Shown: positions 28,435 through 39,314 of the stretch, piece by piece | Layout of the letters: the number at the start of each line of letters is the position of its first letter | Position numbering within the stretch: the first letter of the stretch is position 1 | Assembly (NCBI GenBank): GCA_963664705.1 | Contig: OY761556.1 | Coordinates: 1,600,001-1,664,000 of the forward strand | Length of the DNA stretch: 64,000 nt | Reading direction: 5' to 3' | Source of the DNA: Acidobacteriota bacterium | GTDB taxonomy: Bacteria; Acidobacteriota; UBA6911 | Program-made: the position numbers and the translations under genes | Notes under the pieces: generated by a model | What the model was told of the DNA's origin: nothing | What the model saw: only the letters and a program-made list of their open reading frames with translations | The model's database searches: none

Positions 28435-28980
28435 CTACTGTGCTATAGGAGCATTCAGGCATTCCGTTGCCAGCTTCGCCAAAGCCTCGCTTCTGCGCTG
28501 GGCCCAGATTTCGAAAACGTCCGCGGGAAGGGATTCTGTCCAATACTCAATTTTGTGGATTAGAATCGTTCCCGCTTCATCGATGGTCAGATGGTAATGT
28601 GCGCTTGCCTGGATTGGAGACCATTGCTTGCCGGTGGGGCCATCGTGGAACTGAATTTCGAACTGCACGGCTACAATCCGTTGCCGCAGATCAATGACAT
28701 AGCATTTGGGGAATATGTCCTCCTGCAAACCCGGGTGGATAAATGATACCAGGAGCGCATCACGCGTCATCACCAGAGGTGTTTGAGATGGCGCGGTATG
28801 CATGGTGAGTTGCAGGTTCGCGGCGAAGAATCGCTTGAGTTTCGGCACTGTCTCCAAATTGCCCTGGTACCGGCACACCTGCTCAAAGTAAACATCGAAC
28901 CAGCCTGCCACTGTCTCATAAGTCAATTCAATTGCCATAGGACTCTCCGGCACAAGTTGTCTGTAAAAATGCCTGACCAT
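28435..28980 (-). CDS. Hypothetical protein, possible SnoaL/NTF2-like fold
   Basis: Helix followed by a run of beta strands (YVIDLRQRIVAVQF; HYHL; IHKIEYW); the fold call is tentative. Confidence 0.5.
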   Translation of the reverse strand: MVRHFYRQLVPESPMAIELTYETVAGWFDVYFEQVCRYQGNLETVPKLKRFFAANLQLTMHTAPSQTPLVMTRDALLVSFIHPGLQEDIFPKCYVIDLRQRIVAVQFEIQFHDGPTGKQWSPIQASAHYHLTIDEAGTILIHKIEYWTESLPADVFEIWAQRRSEALAKLATECLNAPIAQ

Positions 28981-29099
28981 GGAAAAACAAAGGTGTTACA
29001 CTGCCACTCAACGGCATTATCAGGGAATTTCCCGACAGAATCGAAAGAAAAGTCTATCAACTGGCGACAGCGGACTTCTGAAATCCAAGGAGGGATGGG

Positions 29100-30632
29100 A
29101 TGGGCGCAAACGATCTCCAGGCGGATATGGTAGTCATTGGCGGAGGCGGTGCGGGTCTTGCCGCGGCGCTGGCGGCCGCAGAGAATGGGTGCAGAAATAT
29201 AGTTGTGCTGGAAAAGGCTGGATCAGCAGCCGGAAGCACAGCCATGGCTCACGATATCTTCGGGGCTGAAAGCCCTGTCCAGAAGCGGCTCGGAGTCGAT
29301 GCGCGCAAAGATGATCTTTTCAAAGTTGCAATGGAATGGGCGCATTGGACAAAGATCAACCCGCGAATTGTGCGGGCCTTCATCGACAAATCCGGGGACA
29401 CCATAGGATGGCTGGAAAGGAAAGGATTGAGTTTCGAGCTTATTCAATATTATCCCAACCAGGTGCCTCTGGTCAGACACTCGGTCCACGGGCATGGCCG
29501 AGCGCTCATGAAAGCCTTGCGTGATGGCTGCACGGAACTGGGAGTCCGGATATTGACCCGTACGCCGGGAAAAAGGCTATTGAAGGATGACCACGGAAAT
29601 ATCTGCGGTGTTGTTGCTGAATCGAAAAATGGGGAAGTTCTTATCGATACAAAGACAGTTGTTATTGCCACGGGTGGCTACGGCAATAACAAGGAGATGT
29701 TGAAAAAAAGCTGCCCGTACTACCAGGACACATTTACTTATGATGGTCCGCCAAGCAATACAGGAGATGGAATCGTAATGGCTTCAGCCATAGGCGCAGA
29801 CACGGCCGGAATGGGATCCCTCAACCTGCACGGTCCTTTCCTTAAGCCAACGAGCGATTCCAAATCCATGAAGATGGATGCCAAATGGCTTGATGGGGCG
29901 CCAATCAAGATAACGCTGTGGTTTCTTGCCTGGGAACCGCAAACTCTTTGGGTGAACAAGACCGGCCGGCGGTTCATCGACGAGGGGTATAACCTCGCAT
30001 TTTTCGCCTTTGGTAATGCCGTCGCAATGCAGCCGGATGGGATTTGCTACACCATTTTCGACAGCGCGAACCTGAAACAGATGGAACTGGAAGGATTGAT
30101 TCGGCCCGGGGCTGCGTCTCGCGCCAATTGGCTTCCGGTATCGGCGGCGACTCCGCTCCCGGGACTGGAGCGGGAAATACGAAAACAGAATGACAAAGTT
30201 GATCTGAATATCTGCAATTCATTGGACGAGATTGCACACTGGATGGGCGCAGATCCGGCTCAAGTGAAGACCACGGTGGATGAATACAACGCAGCGTGCG
30301 ATCAGCGGCACGACGGGATTTTTGCCAAGGATCCTCGTTACCTGTTACCGCTGCGGACTCCCCCTTACTATGCCGTCAAAGGGCACGTTGCGCTTTGCGA
30401 TGCATATGGCGGTGTTAAGATCAATGAGAGGATGGAGGTGCTGGATGCCATCGACAAGCCGATCCCCGGTCTTTTTGCGGCCGGATCGACTACCGGGGCT
30501 TGGGAATCGGAGAGCTATTGTTACCGGCTGACGGGGCATCTGGTCGGGTTTGCCCTAAATTCCGGCCGGATTGCGGGAGAGAGTGCAGTGCAATACCTGC
30601 AGCGAATGACGGCTTGCGCGGCATCGCATTAG
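29100..30632 (+). CDS. FAD-dependent oxidoreductase (flavocytochrome c / fumarate reductase flavoprotein family)
   Basis: VVIGGGGAGL, VIATGGY, NTGDG, GGVKIN, IPGLFAAG and SGRIAG motifs. Confidence 0.9.
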   Translation: MGANDLQADMVVIGGGGAGLAAALAAAENGCRNIVVLEKAGSAAGSTAMAHDIFGAESPVQKRLGVDARKDDLFKVAMEWAHWTKINPRIVRAFIDKSGDTIGWLERKGLSFELIQYYPNQVPLVRHSVHGHGRALMKALRDGCTELGVRILTRTPGKRLLKDDHGNICGVVAESKNGEVLIDTKTVVIATGGYGNNKEMLKKSCPYYQDTFTYDGPPSNTGDGIVMASAIGADTAGMGSLNLHGPFLKPTSDSKSMKMDAKWLDGAPIKITLWFLAWEPQTLWVNKTGRRFIDEGYNLAFFAFGNAVAMQPDGICYTIFDSANLKQMELEGLIRPGAASRANWLPVSAATPLPGLEREIRKQNDKVDLNICNSLDEIAHWMGADPAQVKTTVDEYNAACDQRHDGIFAKDPRYLLPLRTPPYYAVKGHVALCDAYGGVKINERMEVLDAIDKPIPGLFAAGSTTGAWESESYCYRLTGHLVGFALNSGRIAGESAVQYLQRMTACAASH

Positions 30633-30654
30633 CGCCGGTGCTCCCAATATTTGC

Positions 30655-32613
30655 CTAAGACTTATTCCATTTTCCAGATTCAGGTAAAAATACTGAGAAG
30701 GTGCTGCCGGCCCCGACGGTGCTGGTTACAGTACAAACGCCTTCATGAGCTTTGATAATGCCCAAAGCCAGGGCGAGGCCCATGCCGCGCCCTTCAAATT
30801 TTGTGGTATAGAACGGATCAAATATCTTTTCCAGCTCGGATGCGGTAATTCCACAGCCAGTGTCGCGAATTTCAATGCAGGCATAGGTCGCGGCTTTGGG
30901 TGTCCAATCTATGGGATACCGGGTGGCAGCCACGATCTCATCTGCCGATACAGATTTCGCGATAAAGGAAATCAGGCCGCCGTTGTTTCCAATGGATTCC
31001 CGGGCATTGGAAAAAATTGCATGAATGATCTGCTGCAGATCATCACGGCTTATCATAATGCAGGAATCGCACTGAGAAAGATCAAAACTGGCCTTTATAG
31101 TCGGAGGCAAATCAATAATCAGCAGGTCCATGATCTGCCGGCAACAGGCGGAGACTTCTCTGGTCTCCACAGAAAGTCTCTTGAAGCCAAGATAGGTGAC
31201 CATCTGACGGCTTGTTTCAGAGGCTCTCAACGCCTCTTCTTTGGCTAACGAGAGAATTTCGTGCAAATCGGATGGAATGGATTCGGTATGCAAAGCGAGA
31301 TCCAGGCCGATGATGACTGACTGGAGGCGATTGTTGAAATTGTGGGCAATTGCGCCGGCCATGCGAGCCAGGCTTTCACCTTTCTTTGCCTGCCATAATT
31401 GGTTTTCCAGCGATTTCCTGATTTCTTCCTGCTTGATCTGATCGGTAATGTCAAATGCTGTTCCAATGGTTCCGGTGATTTCTCCATCTGAATCGCGCAA
31501 CGGAACTCTGTCCAGCCTCAGCCATTTCGTATCGCCTGAGGGAAGTGCTATTTCCTTTACCTGGAAAGGCGGACGACGACCGGTTTCCAGGATGGATCTT
31601 TCGGTCATTTCGCTTGTGACCGCAAGATCCTGAGGAAGAAAATCAGCATTGGACTTGCCCAGCAATTCTGATTCCTCATGACCTAACAGATGGCAAATTT
31701 CCTTGTTGACCGAAACAAAACGGCCTTCCCGATCTTTGACAGATATACCGATCGGAACAGAATCGATAATGAGCTGAAGTCTGTTTTTCAACTCTTCAAG
31801 CGCACGTTCGGCCAGCTTCTTGTCTGTGATGTCGGTATCGGTTCCAATCATCCGGAGCGGCCTGCCACCTGAATCCCGTGCCACAATCTTGGCCAGGCTC
31901 AATTGCCACCGTACCTCGCCATTCCTTGTAACGATTCTGTGTTCAGACCTGTATTCCTGTGTTTCTCCCTTAAGATATGCGTTTAGCTTGAGGAGCGTTT
32001 CCTCTGAATCGTCCGGATATAAAGCTTTCTCCCAGAGAGAAATGTGCGGCTCGATTTCTCCCGGGACATACCCAAACAGGCGAAACCATTGATCATTCAC
32101 CTTCACGGCACTGGTTTCGATATTCCAGTCAAAAAGGGCCTGGTTGCTGGCATCGAGCGCAAAGCGCAGTTGCTCTTCGCTTTCCCGAAGCAATAGTTCC
32201 GTTCGCCTGCGTTCCGTAATGTCGGTAAACGAAGTGATAACCAAAAAGGGCCGGCTCCCATTATTTTCAAAAACCGGCTCGGCATTCATGCTGATCCATT
32301 TTTCGGAGTCATCCGGAAGATGCAACCCCATGATAACGTTGCGGCAGGGTATTCCTGTTTGAAGGCTTACCATTGCCGGGTGCTCCATGGAAGGGAAGGG
32401 GGTTCCATCCTCCCGCGTGGACTTCCCTTCGGCATCAAAGGTATCTCTGCCCAGCATTTGGTCGCGCGTCAAACCGAGAATTCTTTCCGCGGCCCTGTTG
32501 CAATCAATGATCATGCCGTCAGAAGAATGGAGAATGACTCCCTCCGCCATCGAGGCCAGGATGGATCGAGGGATTGCATCCAGCACGGATTTCAGTTTTT
32601 GTTTTAGGGCCAT
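30655..32613 (-). CDS. Cytoplasmic multi-PAS sensor histidine kinase
   Basis: Three PAS/PAC units ending DIT; H-box AIAHNFNN; DTGCGI, FDPFYTTK and GRGMGL. Confidence 0.92.
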   Translation of the reverse strand: MALKQKLKSVLDAIPRSILASMAEGVILHSSDGMIIDCNRAAERILGLTRDQMLGRDTFDAEGKSTREDGTPFPSMEHPAMVSLQTGIPCRNVIMGLHLPDDSEKWISMNAEPVFENNGSRPFLVITSFTDITERRRTELLLRESEEQLRFALDASNQALFDWNIETSAVKVNDQWFRLFGYVPGEIEPHISLWEKALYPDDSEETLLKLNAYLKGETQEYRSEHRIVTRNGEVRWQLSLAKIVARDSGGRPLRMIGTDTDITDKKLAERALEELKNRLQLIIDSVPIGISVKDREGRFVSVNKEICHLLGHEESELLGKSNADFLPQDLAVTSEMTERSILETGRRPPFQVKEIALPSGDTKWLRLDRVPLRDSDGEITGTIGTAFDITDQIKQEEIRKSLENQLWQAKKGESLARMAGAIAHNFNNRLQSVIIGLDLALHTESIPSDLHEILSLAKEEALRASETSRQMVTYLGFKRLSVETREVSACCRQIMDLLIIDLPPTIKASFDLSQCDSCIMISRDDLQQIIHAIFSNARESIGNNGGLISFIAKSVSADEIVAATRYPIDWTPKAATYACIEIRDTGCGITASELEKIFDPFYTTKFEGRGMGLALALGIIKAHEGVCTVTSTVGAGSTFSVFLPESGKWNKS

Positions 32614-33016
32614 GTTGCATCCTGGAATATAGGATCGGTTTTGAATACACCTATCCTATATAAGTAGACTGATCCCGTTGCGGGAACGCTCCAATGCATA
32701 CACCTTTGACTCATAGGTCATAGGATGTGTTTAATACGCGCGAGCAATGCAGGAAAAATCCTATTCCTGAAATGAACTTATGAGTCGGGAAGCATCCTAC
32801 TCCATTTGCGCGACTAATGCACGCATAAGTGTGTCATAAGTATGACACGATGCTAGAACGTAAGGGGATCCTGCGGGAGAACCGCCATTGGAGCCATTTG
32901 GCCTGCGAAATGCCCAATCCCGCATATTTTATTTCTCTGCGTTTTGAGGACAGCATCCTCGTGAAGCAGATATCGAGGGCGGGCGATCCCGCCCCCGATT
33001 GGAGAAAATCAACCTA

Positions 33017-36000
33017 TCACATGTGGTTGATAATGTAGTTGGCATCGGCAATCAAGATATCGGCTGCCTGGGCAGTAATAGCTTTTCCTCTTTGAGCTAG
33101 AACCGCGTTAATAAAACTGAGCAACTGGTTCTTGGCCGTTTTTGTTTTGCCCGAATCAAAGGAGGCTTTGGCGGCATTGAGTTGCTGGAGAAGGTTATCT
33201 TTCAAGTCCTTCTTGCTGATTTTCCCTTCAGTGTAGAACTTGTTTACAAGAGCGATCAGGCTCTGGAAGCTATCGATAACCTGGAAAGTGACGGTTTGGG
33301 TCGCTGAATTGCCATAGTAATCCGTGGCGATGACCAGCACTGTGTGAGAACCGACGGACAGGTTATACAATTCCATTGTCTGTCCGTTGGAAATCGCTGT
33401 CCCATCCAGTGTGGCCACAAGGCTCTTTACGCGGGAAGGGGGTGCGAAGCCAGGGGTGGTGCCGCCGGCGCCGTCCACGGCAGAGAAACTAAAGGTCATC
33501 GAATCCGAATGCATATAGTTGGTTGCGGCCGGAACATTGATGGAGACTATCGGTGCGACCGTATCCCCATAGAGCAACCGGCCTTCGACCTTTGGCGAGA
33601 TGGTTCCCTTGGCGGTGATGTAATCGATCGCAGCATCGCGCACATAATATTGTGTGTCGTGGACGATTTGATTTAGAGGCCATAGACTGACACCGCCATC
33701 GTTGAAGTTGCAATTGCCGGCGGCCAGGTCACTAATGGTCGATATATTGTAGTACTTGCTGCTGTCGGTGAAGTTCACCGGATTTCCGTTTATGAGCAAA
33801 GCAACGACATTGTTGCCGTCAGGCAGCGCCGGGCTTGTGTCTTTGTAATAAACACGGGCAACTGAATTTGGCACAGGCGTACACATCGTATAATAGGCAT
33901 ACCCGCCGTACCCGGGCACATACTTGTAGTAATAATAATTTCTATAGGCGCGTTCCAGGACAGCCTTGAGCTGAGGCCCGTTCATTTTGATGACAACGAG
34001 AGAATCCTCATAGGGCATGCCTGCAAACATATCCGATATCTTAAGGCTCACGGGAGCGGCTACTGTCGCACCGGAGGCCATGAGCTTGTTTGTCATGGCG
34101 CCGGCGAGATGGACATCGACATCGGTGATTCCATGCTGCGCCAATTCCCAGACGGACGAATCCGCCTGAAGGGTGGCTCCATTGGTCTCTTCCGTGAAAC
34201 CATTCAGCGTGTCGATCGGCTCGGTCGTTTTCCCGACTACCTTGTTGTTATAGGCATTCAGTTGGGCAACATAGGGATCCACGATGGCCTTGGTGGCTGC
34301 ATCCTCGGGAGTGAACGAGTTGACCGAGAAATACTGGCCGGTGGCCGAAACAACTTCGTATCCTCCACCCGTTTTAGGCCGAACGCCGAGGACCACTTCA
34401 CCCAGGCTGTTGTTATAGCGATACGCCTGGTTTACCAGAACAGGCGTGTCATTCGGACTTTCAACGATGGTCGGGAGAAACTTATAGGGAGCTTCCGGGC
34501 TGGCCGGATTGCTGTGGCTGTGGCCGCCGATAATGGCATCAAGCCCGTGAACCTGGGCCGCCATTGCCGTATCAACATTAGCGTCAACCTCAACGCTTTT
34601 CGGATTTGTCGTGAAGCCGATATGAGTCAGCGCCACGACAACATCGTCCTGAGCTTTCAACTGAGTTGCATATTGCTGGGCTACAGTCAGCGGATTGCCG
34701 AATGTCAAGCCAACGATGTTACTGGGCAGTTCAAAATTGGGCACGCGATGGTTTGTAATGCCCAAGACGGCAACCTTTATGCCCCCGAGGTCCTTCTCAA
34801 TATAAGGGAGTACTCCTGCTCCGCCGTTGGCGACGGAAAGCCCGTAGCTGCCATTGTCCGCCACGTTGGCTCCTAAAATCGGGAATTGGGATTGGGCGAG
34901 AATACCTTTGAAGACATCCGCCCCAAAATTGAACTCGTGGTTGCCCAGGACCATGGCGTCATAATCCAGTGCATTCATGACGGCCATCATTGGATGGGTT
35001 TTCAAGGCATCCGGAAGGGGAGTCCCATCCGCCGCAAACCCGGTGGGAGCGGTTTTGAAATAGTACATCATTGCATCACCCTGAATCTGGTCGCCGGCAT
35101 TCAGCAGCAGAGTACGCGTCGGATTATGAGCCCGTTCCTGTTTTATCAAACTGGCTAACTGCGTATAGCCAACGTAGGTTCCTTTTGCCAGGCTGCCATG
35201 GGAATCGTTGTGATGCAGGATTGTTATGGGTCTGATGGTTCCGCTGTCCAGCGCGTCCCCACCATCCCGAATGATTCTGTCGTCCAGAGTTCCATCGCCG
35301 TTAGGTCCCCGGTATGCGGCAGCCGGCGAGCCGTGATGAGCGGAAACATAGGCATCGACGGCATTCAGCATGTCGCCCCAATAGGTGATATTGGTCATGT
35401 ACTTGAATGCGGCATATCCATCTCCCCCGGCCGGCGCCAGAAATTCGTTGGTGCCGACGCTATAGGTTTTTGCCATATCCAGGGGATCGCATGCATGCGT
35501 GGCCTTATTGACAACGCAATAATCAAAGGCTCCCCAGGCATAGGGCTGCGGCTCAGAATCCTTGTAGCCGTAATATTTATATTTGAGCCCGGCCGGTTGG
35601 ATGACTCCATTACTGACCATGGGAGCCTGGTTGAGAACCTGCAGAATCTGCGCGCCCGTCATTTGGCCGACGACCGTAGCGTTGCCGAATGGAAGGATCA
35701 TGAACATATTCCCGTAGGTCAGGAGCGCGGGATCATGCGTCCCGGATGCGCAGCCTGAACTCATCCACGCAGTCCCGTTCCAGCACCAATCCGTCCGAAT
35801 TCCTCCTGCATTGTTAAAGAAGATGTCGACATCGTTGCCAGGATCCGTATCCGTATTCAGATAGTTATAGATGGCATCATCGACAAAAGCGGCCATCATA
35901 TTGTCGACTGTTCCACCCTTCCGCGCCAGGTCGACCGCAGAATAGCCGATGGGCTGGTTCACGAGCGAGAGATACGACGGATCCGTGGCATAAGCGTCGA

Positions 36001-36961
36001 TGACACTCTTTACATCGGGATCTTCTGGGCCTGTTGTACTGACCGTGAGCTTCTGCCAGGCCACCGTCACCGCCTTGGTGGCCGGATCAAAAGTCAGATC
36101 GGCGCGGCCGACTTGCCTGCCGTTGTAGTAAGCCTGAGCAATTGTCGTAACGCCATGGATTACAGGCGCTGGTATGGAGACATTTGTGTGGCTGTGCCCG
36201 CCGATGATGAGCGGAACAGGCTTCCCGGCCTGGTACAGCTTTTCGGCCAGAGTCTGATCCCCGTAGACAGGTATCCCATAGCCATAGCCTCCGTCGGTGA
36301 ATCCGATATGGCTTAGAACCACGATGACATCGGCACCGGCTTTTACTGTGTCGTAGTAATGAACAATGGAATCGGCAGGATCCTTGAAACACAATCCCTG
36401 GGTTGCCGAGGCAGTGGTGATGATCGGCGTCTCCGTGGTGCTGACTCCGATAAAGGCCACGTTTATTCCGGCCACCGATCGGATTTCGTACGGTTTTGTG
36501 AAAGCTGGCGCGGTCCACCCGGCTGTGGCGCAGCTTCCCGTGTCATTGACAACAATATTGGCGGCAATGAATGGGAAGGTTGCCTGGGCCGCGCGATCCG
36601 TGAGTATGCTCTGCCCCCAGTCAAATTCATGGTTCCCGAGGGTGGATACGTTGTAGCCCATTTTATTGAATGCAGCAATCGTGGGAACTCCCTTTTGCAG
36701 ATTTGAGAGCATGGAGCCTTGCATTCCGTCTCCGGCATCTGCGAGAAGAACATTGCCGGCTCCGACCGATGAGCGCACGCCATTCACGACGGCAGCAACG
36801 CGCGCCAAACCCGGGTTGCTGCCCGATGCCTGCAGCTGGCCATGAAAATCATTGGTGTGTAGAATTGTAAAAGATACGGTCCCTGCTGAATAGGAGGCAG
36901 GGACGGCCAGAACGCTCAATATCAGAAGCAACAAAAGCAGTTTCGATGGCTTATTAGGCAT
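33017..36961 (-). CDS. Secreted tandem 5'-nucleotidase / metallophosphoesterase with C-terminal FIMAH-like domain
   Basis: Two calcineurin-like modules (HTNDFHG/AGD/GNHEFD/GGHSH and HHNDSHG/AGD/GNHEFN/GGHSH), each followed by a 5'-nucleotidase C-terminal domain; signal peptide. Confidence 0.9.
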   Translation of the reverse strand: MPNKPSKLLLLLLILSVLAVPASYSAGTVSFTILHTNDFHGQLQASGSNPGLARVAAVVNGVRSSVGAGNVLLADAGDGMQGSMLSNLQKGVPTIAAFNKMGYNVSTLGNHEFDWGQSILTDRAAQATFPFIAANIVVNDTGSCATAGWTAPAFTKPYEIRSVAGINVAFIGVSTTETPIITTASATQGLCFKDPADSIVHYYDTVKAGADVIVVLSHIGFTDGGYGYGIPVYGDQTLAEKLYQAGKPVPLIIGGHSHTNVSIPAPVIHGVTTIAQAYYNGRQVGRADLTFDPATKAVTVAWQKLTVSTTGPEDPDVKSVIDAYATDPSYLSLVNQPIGYSAVDLARKGGTVDNMMAAFVDDAIYNYLNTDTDPGNDVDIFFNNAGGIRTDWCWNGTAWMSSGCASGTHDPALLTYGNMFMILPFGNATVVGQMTGAQILQVLNQAPMVSNGVIQPAGLKYKYYGYKDSEPQPYAWGAFDYCVVNKATHACDPLDMAKTYSVGTNEFLAPAGGDGYAAFKYMTNITYWGDMLNAVDAYVSAHHGSPAAAYRGPNGDGTLDDRIIRDGGDALDSGTIRPITILHHNDSHGSLAKGTYVGYTQLASLIKQERAHNPTRTLLLNAGDQIQGDAMMYYFKTAPTGFAADGTPLPDALKTHPMMAVMNALDYDAMVLGNHEFNFGADVFKGILAQSQFPILGANVADNGSYGLSVANGGAGVLPYIEKDLGGIKVAVLGITNHRVPNFELPSNIVGLTFGNPLTVAQQYATQLKAQDDVVVALTHIGFTTNPKSVEVDANVDTAMAAQVHGLDAIIGGHSHSNPASPEAPYKFLPTIVESPNDTPVLVNQAYRYNNSLGEVVLGVRPKTGGGYEVVSATGQYFSVNSFTPEDAATKAIVDPYVAQLNAYNNKVVGKTTEPIDTLNGFTEETNGATLQADSSVWELAQHGITDVDVHLAGAMTNKLMASGATVAAPVSLKISDMFAGMPYEDSLVVIKMNGPQLKAVLERAYRNYYYYKYVPGYGGYAYYTMCTPVPNSVARVYYKDTSPALPDGNNVVALLINGNPVNFTDSSKYYNISTISDLAAGNCNFNDGGVSLWPLNQIVHDTQYYVRDAAIDYITAKGTISPKVEGRLLYGDTVAPIVSINVPAATNYMHSDSMTFSFSAVDGAGGTTPGFAPPSRVKSLVATLDGTAISNGQTMELYNLSVGSHTVLVIATDYYGNSATQTVTFQVIDSFQSLIALVNKFYTEGKISKKDLKDNLLQQLNAAKASFDSGKTKTAKNQLLSFINAVLAQRGKAITAQAADILIADANYIINHM

Positions 36962-37470
36962 AGCTTTTCTCCATTCTGGATAGTGTGCGCGCGTGGTTTT
37001 GGGGACAAATCGCTACCGGACATTTTCCGGCCGTTCGAAATCGTGAAATGCCATTCCTCAGCCAAGGCATATGCGACCGCCCTGAGGTAGCGGAAATCTA
37101 TTTCCTGTATGAAAGCGAAATTGTAGCTATCGAATACGCAAGCAATTAAGGAACCTACACGGGTCGAAAGCAGGGTTGCATCGGTAAGCGATTACATTAG
37201 AAGGTCTTAACGCATTATAAATAAGTATAAGAGGAACTCATTGTTGCCTGGTTTTGTAAAGAAGATCGACAGGCGCAGATGAAGAGATGGGACAACAAAG
37301 CGTTAAGTTGTTGGGTGTCAACAAGATCGTTTGGGCTGTGTGAAATGTAATGAGCAGCGACAGTTGGTTTACATTTTTTGCCGCTTGTTTATGAAGCGGC
37401 GCTGCTGGTGCGATCGGGAGATTATGTGCTCGACTTGACAATACCTCGCTCATCAATATGATTGGCAGGC

Positions 37471-38982
37471 ATGATCCTGATAAACCCTCCCATCTCAAAA
37501 CCGTGCGAACCTCCGGCCGGCCTTGCCAGGCTTGTGGGAGCCGTCGGAGGTCCCAATCGATCCTTATCTGCTATCGATGCAAATCTGGACGGCATTCTAC
37601 GCGCCCTCAGTGAACCTGTCCGCGCCACTGATACCTGGACTCGTCGCGCCGCCAAAAATCTTCAGCCGAACCTCGATTACGTGCGCAGCGCCAAACAGAG
37701 ATGGGCCATCAGCAAATATACGAGAGCGGTAATGGATATCCATCGCGTTCTGGCCAAATCCACTGAATCGGCTGGTACGCGAGTGAGCCTCAGCGATTAC
37801 CAGGACGATACATTATCCCCGGTCAGGAGCAGCGATCTATTGCGAGCTGCGGAGTATCCGGAGAAAAATCCCTTTTATCCTTATTTTCCGAATTGGCTAA
37901 TCCCGGGTTCATCGGCAGAGCAGGATCAGTACGTTGGAATTTCGCTAAATTACCTAAGCCAGGCGCTGACTGCTTTTTCCATGATGGGGCATATACGGAA
38001 GCGGAATCCCATGGCCAAAATCATTTTGGGCGGGGGGCTGGTCACATCCTGGCTGAAGCGACCGGAATGGCGGAATCCTTTTGAGGGCCTGATCGATGCT
38101 ATCGTGGCAGGCCCGGGCGAGTCTTACCTGCGGACGCTGTTTGGCATGGATGCATGCGAACGACACACAAGGCCGAGGTATGACCTGTTTCCGCTGGACC
38201 GGTATTTTTCTCCTGGGCTAATTCTTCCCTATAGCGCCTCCAGTGGATGCTATTGGCGAAAATGCCTCTTTTGCCCGGAGATGGCGGAAGGTAATTGCTA
38301 TGTGCCGCTATCGGTCGATAGCGTTCTGGATGATCTTTCCGCGCTGATCGAGACTCATCGCCCGGTCATGGTGCATTTTCTGGATAATGCCATGAGCCCG
38401 GCCTTATTGAAGGGGTTGATTACCAGGCCGCTGAATACACCGTGGTATGGATTTGCGCGCATGACAGATCATTTTAAAGATCCCGGTTTTTGCTTTGAAT
38501 TGAAAAAGTCGGGATGTGTCATGCTGAAAATTGGAATTGAGTCGGGGGATCAGGGAGTATTGGATAACCTGCAGAAGGGAATTGACCTCGAGACGGCGTC
38601 CGTTTCCCTGCACAACATCAAAAGGGCCGGTATCGGTACTTATTTGTATTTTCTCTTCGGGACACCGGCCGAAGGACGCTCGGAGGCAATCCATACGCTG
38701 GATTTTGTGCAAAAGCACAGCAGGGTAATTGACTTTCTGAATCTCGCTATCTTCAACATGCCTACCAATGGCCCCGGAATCGAGAGATTCAATGTTCAAA
38801 AGATCTACGAAGGGGATTTATCCCTTTATTCAAATTTTGAACATCCAAAAGGATGGAATCGGGACAAAGTTAGGTCCTTCGTGGAAAGTGAATTCAAAAC
38901 GGATCCTGCCGTGCGGAGCATTATTCAGAGGAATCCGCCTTTTTTTACATCCAATCATGCGGCGTTTTTTCTGAACGGTTGA
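37471..38982 (+). CDS. B12-binding-type radical SAM protein
   Basis: CYWRKCLFC radical SAM motif; N-terminal LINPP and VGIS...IILGG segments; GIESG. Confidence 0.88.
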   Translation: MILINPPISKPCEPPAGLARLVGAVGGPNRSLSAIDANLDGILRALSEPVRATDTWTRRAAKNLQPNLDYVRSAKQRWAISKYTRAVMDIHRVLAKSTESAGTRVSLSDYQDDTLSPVRSSDLLRAAEYPEKNPFYPYFPNWLIPGSSAEQDQYVGISLNYLSQALTAFSMMGHIRKRNPMAKIILGGGLVTSWLKRPEWRNPFEGLIDAIVAGPGESYLRTLFGMDACERHTRPRYDLFPLDRYFSPGLILPYSASSGCYWRKCLFCPEMAEGNCYVPLSVDSVLDDLSALIETHRPVMVHFLDNAMSPALLKGLITRPLNTPWYGFARMTDHFKDPGFCFELKKSGCVMLKIGIESGDQGVLDNLQKGIDLETASVSLHNIKRAGIGTYLYFLFGTPAEGRSEAIHTLDFVQKHSRVIDFLNLAIFNMPTNGPGIERFNVQKIYEGDLSLYSNFEHPKGWNRDKVRSFVESEFKTDPAVRSIIQRNPPFFTSNHAAFFLNG

Positions 38983-39056
38983 GTGCATGAGCGGGCAGAC
39001 AGACTGCTCCGCCCCTGCCAGGCAAAATCAATGCGGTGATTTAGGGAGCGAACAGT

Positions 39057-39281
39057 ATGGAGCAAGAGAACGACGAGAGTATTCAAATCAAGCTCGAATC
39101 CAAGATTGCTTTCCAGGAGAAGGCCATTGCGGATCTCAACGACGCTTTGATCAGCCAGACTCGGGCGATGATCGATCTGCAGCGACGTGTGGAGTCGCTC
39201 GAGAGAATGGTGCGCGGAATGAACCAGCGTCTTGAGGAGAAGATGGATCCGCTGCCTTATGAGAAGCCGCCGCACTACTGA
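39057..39281 (+). CDS. slyX: SlyX family protein
   Basis: LESKIAFQE...LN and C-terminal EKPPHY. Confidence 0.9.
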   Translation: MEQENDESIQIKLESKIAFQEKAIADLNDALISQTRAMIDLQRRVESLERMVRGMNQRLEEKMDPLPYEKPPHY

Positions 39282-39314
39282 TCGGATAGCCGCCGCCATC
39301 AGGGCTCATTTGCA

